DNA of 64,000 bases, from the NCBI GenBank assembly GCA_965223265.1, contig OZ244999.1, positions 4,064,001 to 4,128,000 on the forward strand, in the 5' to 3' direction. A program made the position numbers and the translations under genes. Positions 59,263 to 64,000 of the stretch are shown one piece after another. The notes beneath the pieces are model-generated. The model was not told where the DNA came from. It searched no databases and saw only the letters and a list, made by a program, of their open reading frames with translations. Every line of letters begins with the position of its first letter. Position 1 is the stretch's first letter. Origin of the DNA: Planctomycetota bacterium (GTDB lineage Bacteria; Planctomycetota; UBA8108; SXIK01).

Positions 59263-60528
59263 ATGCAAGACCGCAAACTGCCGCCAGGTGGTGGCAACGT
59301 CATCTGGGTGCTCTGGATTACGTACGGCGCGTTTTACTTTTGCCGGACGAATATCTCGGCGACGGTCCCGAGCCTCGAGCGAGATCTCGGGCTGTCGAAG
59401 GAGCAGATCGGCCAGATCCTCGGTGCGCTCAAGCTGGCGTATGGCTTCGGTCAGTTCATCAACGGACAGCTGGCCGAGAGGGTCTCACCACGGATCTTGC
59501 TGGCCGTCGGCATGGTGACGTCTGCTGCACTTAACGTCGCGTTCGGGCTCGCCGAAGGATTCTATTTCCTCCTTTTCATCTGGGCACTCAACGGCTACTT
59601 CCAATCGCTCGGTTGGACGCCCTGCATGCGCGTCGCTGGTAACTGGTTTTCTCCGGTGCAGCGCGGCTTTGCGATTGGGGTGATCGGGACGGGATATCAA
59701 GCGACGGCGGCAGTCACCTACCTCGTCTCAACGCAGGCCGTGGAGCACTTTGGTTGGCGCTTCGCTCTGTACATTCCGGCTGCGATGCTGTTTGCGGCCA
59801 GCGTCCATATGTTGCTTTTTCTCAAAGAGGGAAGACATAGTCCTCAGGGCGGTTTGCATCCGGCCACTTCAGCGCGCGGTCGACCGCCAATCGCCAAGAC
59901 CGTCATGGCGACGCTCACGAACCCGTCGCTTTGGATCTTCGCGGTAGCTCTTGGCCTCCTGAATGCGTGTCGCTACGGTTTTCTTGATTGGGGCATCGCT
60001 CACCTGCACGAGGTGCGTGAAGAGTCGGTCGGCAAAGCGGGCATCAAGTACATGCTTCTACCTCTCGGCGGCATTCTCGGCGCGTTTCTCTCCGGTTGGG
60101 TAAGCGACCGTATGTTCGCCGGACGGCGCGCCCCAGTGATCTGCCTCCTTCTCTTGTCGCTCGGCGCTCTGACGCTTTGGTATCGCGTCGCGGTCACAAT
60201 GGGCGACGCCGCCACCATCATCACACTGGTGTTCATCGGTTTCACGATCTACGGCCCGCAAGTGCTTCTTGTGGGTACCGCCCCCGTCGACTTCGCGCGC
60301 GACGGTGCTGGCGCAGCTGCGGTAGGCTTCGTGAACTGCATGGGATACATGGGAGCGTACGCCGGGGACGCAGTCACCGGGATACTGACCGCGAACTATA
60401 ATTGGCGTGTGGCGCTGTCGTTCTGGGCGGCGTGCGCCTTTGCCGCGGCTGTTCTCGTCGCGATCTTGTGGGGCCGCAGCGCGGTCGAAGAGAAAGGCGA
60501 AAGCGCGGCGCAACCGCCCGCAACGTAG
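59263..60528 (+). CDS. MFS transporter, organophosphate:phosphate antiporter (GlpT/UhpC-like) family
   Basis: FYFCRTN, AYGFGQFING.L.ER, NG.FQS.GW, WF...RG, RYG..DW, G.VSDR.F..RR, YGPQ, A.GFVN. About 12 TM segments. Confidence 0.85.
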   Translation: MQDRKLPPGGGNVIWVLWITYGAFYFCRTNISATVPSLERDLGLSKEQIGQILGALKLAYGFGQFINGQLAERVSPRILLAVGMVTSAALNVAFGLAEGFYFLLFIWALNGYFQSLGWTPCMRVAGNWFSPVQRGFAIGVIGTGYQATAAVTYLVSTQAVEHFGWRFALYIPAAMLFAASVHMLLFLKEGRHSPQGGLHPATSARGRPPIAKTVMATLTNPSLWIFAVALGLLNACRYGFLDWGIAHLHEVREESVGKAGIKYMLLPLGGILGAFLSGWVSDRMFAGRRAPVICLLLLSLGALTLWYRVAVTMGDAATIITLVFIGFTIYGPQVLLVGTAPVDFARDGAGAAAVGFVNCMGYMGAYAGDAVTGILTANYNWRVALSFWAACAFAAAVLVAILWGRSAVEEKGESAAQPPAT

Positions 60529-60577
60529 CCACCGATCATCGCCCACGCTAGGAATCGCCACCCCGAGAAGGAATCTC

Positions 60578-61336
60578 ATGAAAGCCATCATCATCGGCGC
60601 CGGCCGCGGAAGACGACTCATGCCGACGACTGCCGACACTCCCAAGTGCTTCGCCGAGGTGCAAGGCCGACGGATTCTTGACTGGATCCTCGAAGCCTTC
60701 GCGGGCGCGGGAATCACAGACGTCTGCTTCATCGGCGGCTACCAGATCGACAAAGTTCGTGCTGATTACCCAAGTTTCGAATTCCGCCATAATCGAGACT
60801 GGGAGACGAACAACATCCTCGCGTCGCTCATGCATGCAGAAGATGTGATGGACGCCCCGTTTGTCTGTTGCTACTCAGACATTCTGTTCACGACCGACGT
60901 CGTCGCGAGGCTGATGCGCGCTCCCAACTCTATCTCACTCGCAGTCGACACGCAGTGGCTCGATCGATATACGCTGCGCACACAGCACCCGACCGACGAC
61001 GCGGAGAAAGTCACCGTAAAGGATGGGACGATCAATCGTATTCACCGCAGCATCGACAGCGACTCAGCGTTCGGCGAGTACATCGGTGTGGCAAAGTTCG
61101 ATGCGGCGGGCGGTGCAACTCTCATCGAGCAGTACCACCGCGCGCGCGAAGCCCACAGCGGCAAGCCGTTTCGCGAGGCGGAGGTCTTTGCTAAGGCATA
61201 CCTGATCCACCTTTTTCAGGAAATGATCGAACGCGGCGTCGAGCTATCGTATGTCGAGACTAAAGGAGGCTACATGGAGATCGACACACAAGAAGACTTT
61301 GAGCTCGCACAAACGCAATGGCGAGGTCGGGTATGA
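60578..61336 (+). CDS. Phosphocholine/phosphonate cytidylyltransferase-like NTP transferase (LicC/PntC-like)
   Basis: AIIIGAGRGRRL...PKC, GGY, NN.LASL, YSDI, EYIG, EIDT.ED. Confidence 0.82.
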   Translation: MKAIIIGAGRGRRLMPTTADTPKCFAEVQGRRILDWILEAFAGAGITDVCFIGGYQIDKVRADYPSFEFRHNRDWETNNILASLMHAEDVMDAPFVCCYSDILFTTDVVARLMRAPNSISLAVDTQWLDRYTLRTQHPTDDAEKVTVKDGTINRIHRSIDSDSAFGEYIGVAKFDAAGGATLIEQYHRAREAHSGKPFREAEVFAKAYLIHLFQEMIERGVELSYVETKGGYMEIDTQEDFELAQTQWRGRV

Positions 61337-62397
61337 CACCGGCGACGCTCTTCCCCAGTTCCGTCGTAGGCTCGATGCCCCGCCCGGCGTTTGTCCGGGA
61401 GCTGCTGAGTCAACAGGCTGATCTGGCACCGCACGAATTTCGCCAGGCGATGGAACGCGCTGTCGCCTACGTCGTGTCTCTGCAGGAGCAAGCCGGACTC
61501 GACGTCGTCACCGATGGAGAGTGGTGGCGAAAATCGTATATCGGGATTATCGCGCAGCTCGCACACGGATTCGAACTCAGCCAGAGCCCCGACGGACGCC
61601 CTTGGACGATCGTCGTCGATAAGCTGTCGGCGAAGAAACCCGGGGCCGTTGCTGCCGAGATCAAGTATCTCAAACAGCTGACGACACGCCGCGTCAAAGC
61701 CACGTTGCCATCACCGGCGCTTCTTGGTGAACGCATGTGGGATCGCGAACGGTCGAGTGCAGCTTACCCGACGCGTGAAGCCTTTGTTCGCGACTGTGTG
61801 CCTGTCCTACGCCGCGAGTTGGAGCTCGTACGAGACGCGGGTGCCGATATCGTACAAATCGACGACCCACACCTCTGCCTCTTCGTCGATCCAAGCGTCA
61901 GGGAACGCTACGACGACCCTGAGGCTGCAGCACTCTTCGCGGCTGAGGTCGTCAACGAGGTCGTCGACGGCGTCGATGGCGTCCACTTGGCTGTCCACCT
62001 CTGTAGGCGCGCCGGAGCTCGAGTTCGGGGCGAAGCCGAGTTCCTCGGTGGGTATGATCCGATTCTGGACGCGCTCAATCGTCTGCGAGTCCACCACCTC
62101 ACCATGGAGTTCACCGCGCCGGGCGTTGGTGATACCAGCGTGTTTCGGAAGCTCCGTGACGACTTCGAGATCGGGCTCGGTTGCGTCAGCGTCGAGCCTG
62201 GAAACGTCGACTCGGTCGACACCATCGTCAAACGCGTCGAGCATGCCCTCGAATACCTCGCAGCCGAACGAGTGACGCTCAACCCCGACTGCGGTTTTGC
62301 CCCTGGTTCAGCGGCGGAGGTCAGCCTCGATGAGGTCTATCAAAAGCTCCGAAATGAAGCCGAAGCGTCGCGACAACTGCGGGCGAAATACGGCTGA
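61333..62397 (+). CDS. Cobalamin-independent methionine synthase II family (single-domain MetE-like) protein
   Basis: VVGSMPRP, Q..AGLDVVTDGE, QIDDP, Zn ligands HLC / E / NPDCG. ATGA overlap with the upstream gene. Confidence 0.85.
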   Translation: MTPATLFPSSVVGSMPRPAFVRELLSQQADLAPHEFRQAMERAVAYVVSLQEQAGLDVVTDGEWWRKSYIGIIAQLAHGFELSQSPDGRPWTIVVDKLSAKKPGAVAAEIKYLKQLTTRRVKATLPSPALLGERMWDRERSSAAYPTREAFVRDCVPVLRRELELVRDAGADIVQIDDPHLCLFVDPSVRERYDDPEAAALFAAEVVNEVVDGVDGVHLAVHLCRRAGARVRGEAEFLGGYDPILDALNRLRVHHLTMEFTAPGVGDTSVFRKLRDDFEIGLGCVSVEPGNVDSVDTIVKRVEHALEYLAAERVTLNPDCGFAPGSAAEVSLDEVYQKLRNEAEASRQLRAKYG

Positions 62398-62568
62398 TTC
62401 GATGAGAAAACGTCACACAGTGAACGCAGGACAACACCCCGACTAATCGTTCGTTTTTTGTTGCGCCGACTCAGATCCACCTCTAGTCTTGGCCTACTGT
62501 GTGTCTGCACGTGCCGTGGGCATGTGTCCGAGGCCTCAAACACGGGGGACCAAGCGGGAGGGCGCTTC

Positions 62569-64000
62569 ATGCGTGACGCTGGAAACGTTGCGACACCATC
62601 ACCATTGACACCATCACCATTGTCGTGCGCACGGTGCGGAGTTGCGGTGATGATCATCTCCGTATTCTGCACTCAATCCACCTCGGCACAGGAAGGCAGC
62701 GGTCTCGTCCGCGGGCCATATCTGCAGGCTCTCGCCATCGATTCGGTGGAGATCATCTGGTTCACGCGCGACGTGGAGGGCGTCGGCAGCGTTCGAGTCT
62801 TCACGACCGCTGGCGAGGGGAACGCCATGCGGGTGGAGGAAGACCCGGCGACGGCGTGCAACCCGTTTCTCGCCGGTGAAACTTGCCATCGAGTCCGGCT
62901 GACCGGCCTCCTGGCCGGGACGAACTACAGGTACGAGGTCTTCGCCGGCGACACCATGCTTGCGGGCGACGCCGCGACGCGGTTTCGGACGACTCCCGAG
63001 CGTCAACATGGCGTCACGTCGTTCGCCATCCTCGGTGACAGCGGCGTCGCGCAGCCCTCCCAAGATCTCGTTTCGGAAATCGTCCGCGAAATCGACCCCG
63101 ACGCGATCCTTCACACCGGCGACCTGGACTACCTCGGCGACGTCGACAAGAGCGTCTTCGGACCCTACAAGGATCTTTTGTCGCGCTACTGCTTCTTTCC
63201 GGCGCGAGGCAATCACGACTTGAGCTTCAAGTTCGAGGAGATCTTCTTCGTTCCCGAAATCGACGCCATGCCGAAGCGCACGTTTTACTCGTTCAATGCA
63301 GGCAGCGCGCACTTCGTCGTCCTCGACACCAGCGTGCAGGAGACCGGCAATCTCCTTGGCGACGAGCAGTTGACTTGGCTCTGCGATGACCTTTCGAGCG
63401 GCCACGGCCAGGAGTGGACCATCGTTCTGACTCATAAGTGTTTCTTCACAATCGGCCTCCATGCGACCGAGGCGACCGTCGCACTGCGGCATGCTCTCTC
63501 TCCGATCTTCGATCAGTTCAACGTTGATTTGGTGATCTCCGGTCACGATCACAACTACCAGCGCACGCACCCGGTGCGTATGAACGACACGCGGAGCTGC
63601 GGCACCCAGGCACCGCTCAACTGCGAGGCGACACCAGAGTCCTGCTACACGACGCGCGAGGATGTCTTTCCCGGGCCACACTACGTCTACCCCGACAGCC
63701 CGATCTACTTGATCAGCGGCGGCGGTGGTCAGAGGCTCTATCCGCTGCACCCCAGCGCCGGCAAGCCAGAATTCGACGGCAAGTTCTCGAGTTTCTTCGA
63801 AAGCGCCTGGCACACGGTAGAACTTGAAGCCACGCCGGCGATGCTCAAGGTTCGCGGCATCCGCATCGTCAACCCGAACGACCGTCAGGAAGGCGATCCG
63901 TTCGGTGAGTCCTTCGACGTCTTCAGTGTCAGCAAGATGCGCCTCCTGCGCGGCGACATGAACTTCGACCGCGGGCTCGATCTGGCCGATCCCGTGGCAC
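62569..64000 (+). CDS. Secreted purple acid phosphatase-like metallophosphoesterase with dockerin-like domain (runs off window)
   Basis: Translated by hand, absent from the ORF track: RGPYLQ, FN3-like region, ILGDSG, HTGDLDY, RGNHD, SGHDHNYQR, GGGG, then LLRGDMNFDRGLDLAD at the window edge. GGGAGG upstream. Confidence 0.85.
   Translation, partial: MRDAGNVATPSPLTPSPLSCARCGVAVMIISVFCTQSTSAQEGSGLVRGPYLQALAIDSVEIIWFTRDVEGVGSVRVFTTAGEGNAMRVEEDPATACNPFLAGETCHRVRLTGLLAGTNYRYEVFAGDTMLAGDAATRFRTTPERQHGVTSFAILGDSGVAQPSQDLVSEIVREIDPDAILHTGDLDYLGDVDKSVFGPYKDLLSRYCFFPARGNHDLSFKFEEIFFVPEIDAMPKRTFYSFNAGSAHFVVLDTSVQETGNLLGDEQLTWLCDDLSSGHGQEWTIVLTHKCFFTIGLHATEATVALRHALSPIFDQFNVDLVISGHDHNYQRTHPVRMNDTRSCGTQAPLNCEATPESCYTTREDVFPGPHYVYPDSPIYLISGGGGQRLYPLHPSAGKPEFDGKFSSFFESAWHTVELEATPAMLKVRGIRIVNPNDRQEGDPFGESFDVFSVSKMRLLRGDMNFDRGLDLADPVA

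Noticed and set aside
60407-60577. N-terminal extension of the cytidylyltransferase
   Set aside because: It overlaps the MFS gene. The family-typical start MKAII is at 60578.
62614-63813. 399-aa minus-strand ORF
   Set aside because: Antisense shadow of the plus-strand metallophosphoesterase.

Overview
GC-rich bacterial chromosomal window, most likely from a Planctomycetota lineage. That assignment is inferred from planctomycete-style dockerin-like, FG-GAP, DUF1080/PQQ-propeller and sulfatase proteins. The first ~37 kb is mainly housekeeping: PNP, clpP, purN, cmk-plsC-rpsA, larE, glnA, plsY, fdhD, pdxS/pdxT, a DUF368 protein, ribulokinase, an S41 protease, lysA, an M20 peptidase, a complete Rrf2-sufBCDSU-sufT operon and a peroxiredoxin. 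The rest is mostly secreted or accessory proteins. Main observations: (1) Four secreted proteins share one ~85-aa dockerin-like Ca/Cys module. One also has three cohesin-like repeats (scaffoldin-like), one is an FG-GAP protein, one is a purple acid phosphatase, and one is an 1813-aa FG-GAP protein with a glucan,water-dikinase-like phospho-His plus ATP-grasp core. Together they suggest an extracellular docking complex with kinase and phosphatase cargo. (2) A ~180-bp non-autonomous foldback (MITE-like) element occurs as five recognisable copies plus remnants, and repeatedly overlaps stop codons. (3) An MFS / cytidylyltransferase / MetE-like operon has no known pathway. (4) A 1.2-kb 'empty' gap holds small RBS-led ORFs and terminators. 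I found no rRNA, tRNA, CRISPR array or transposase. All family assignments come from motif recognition by eye; no database searches were run.
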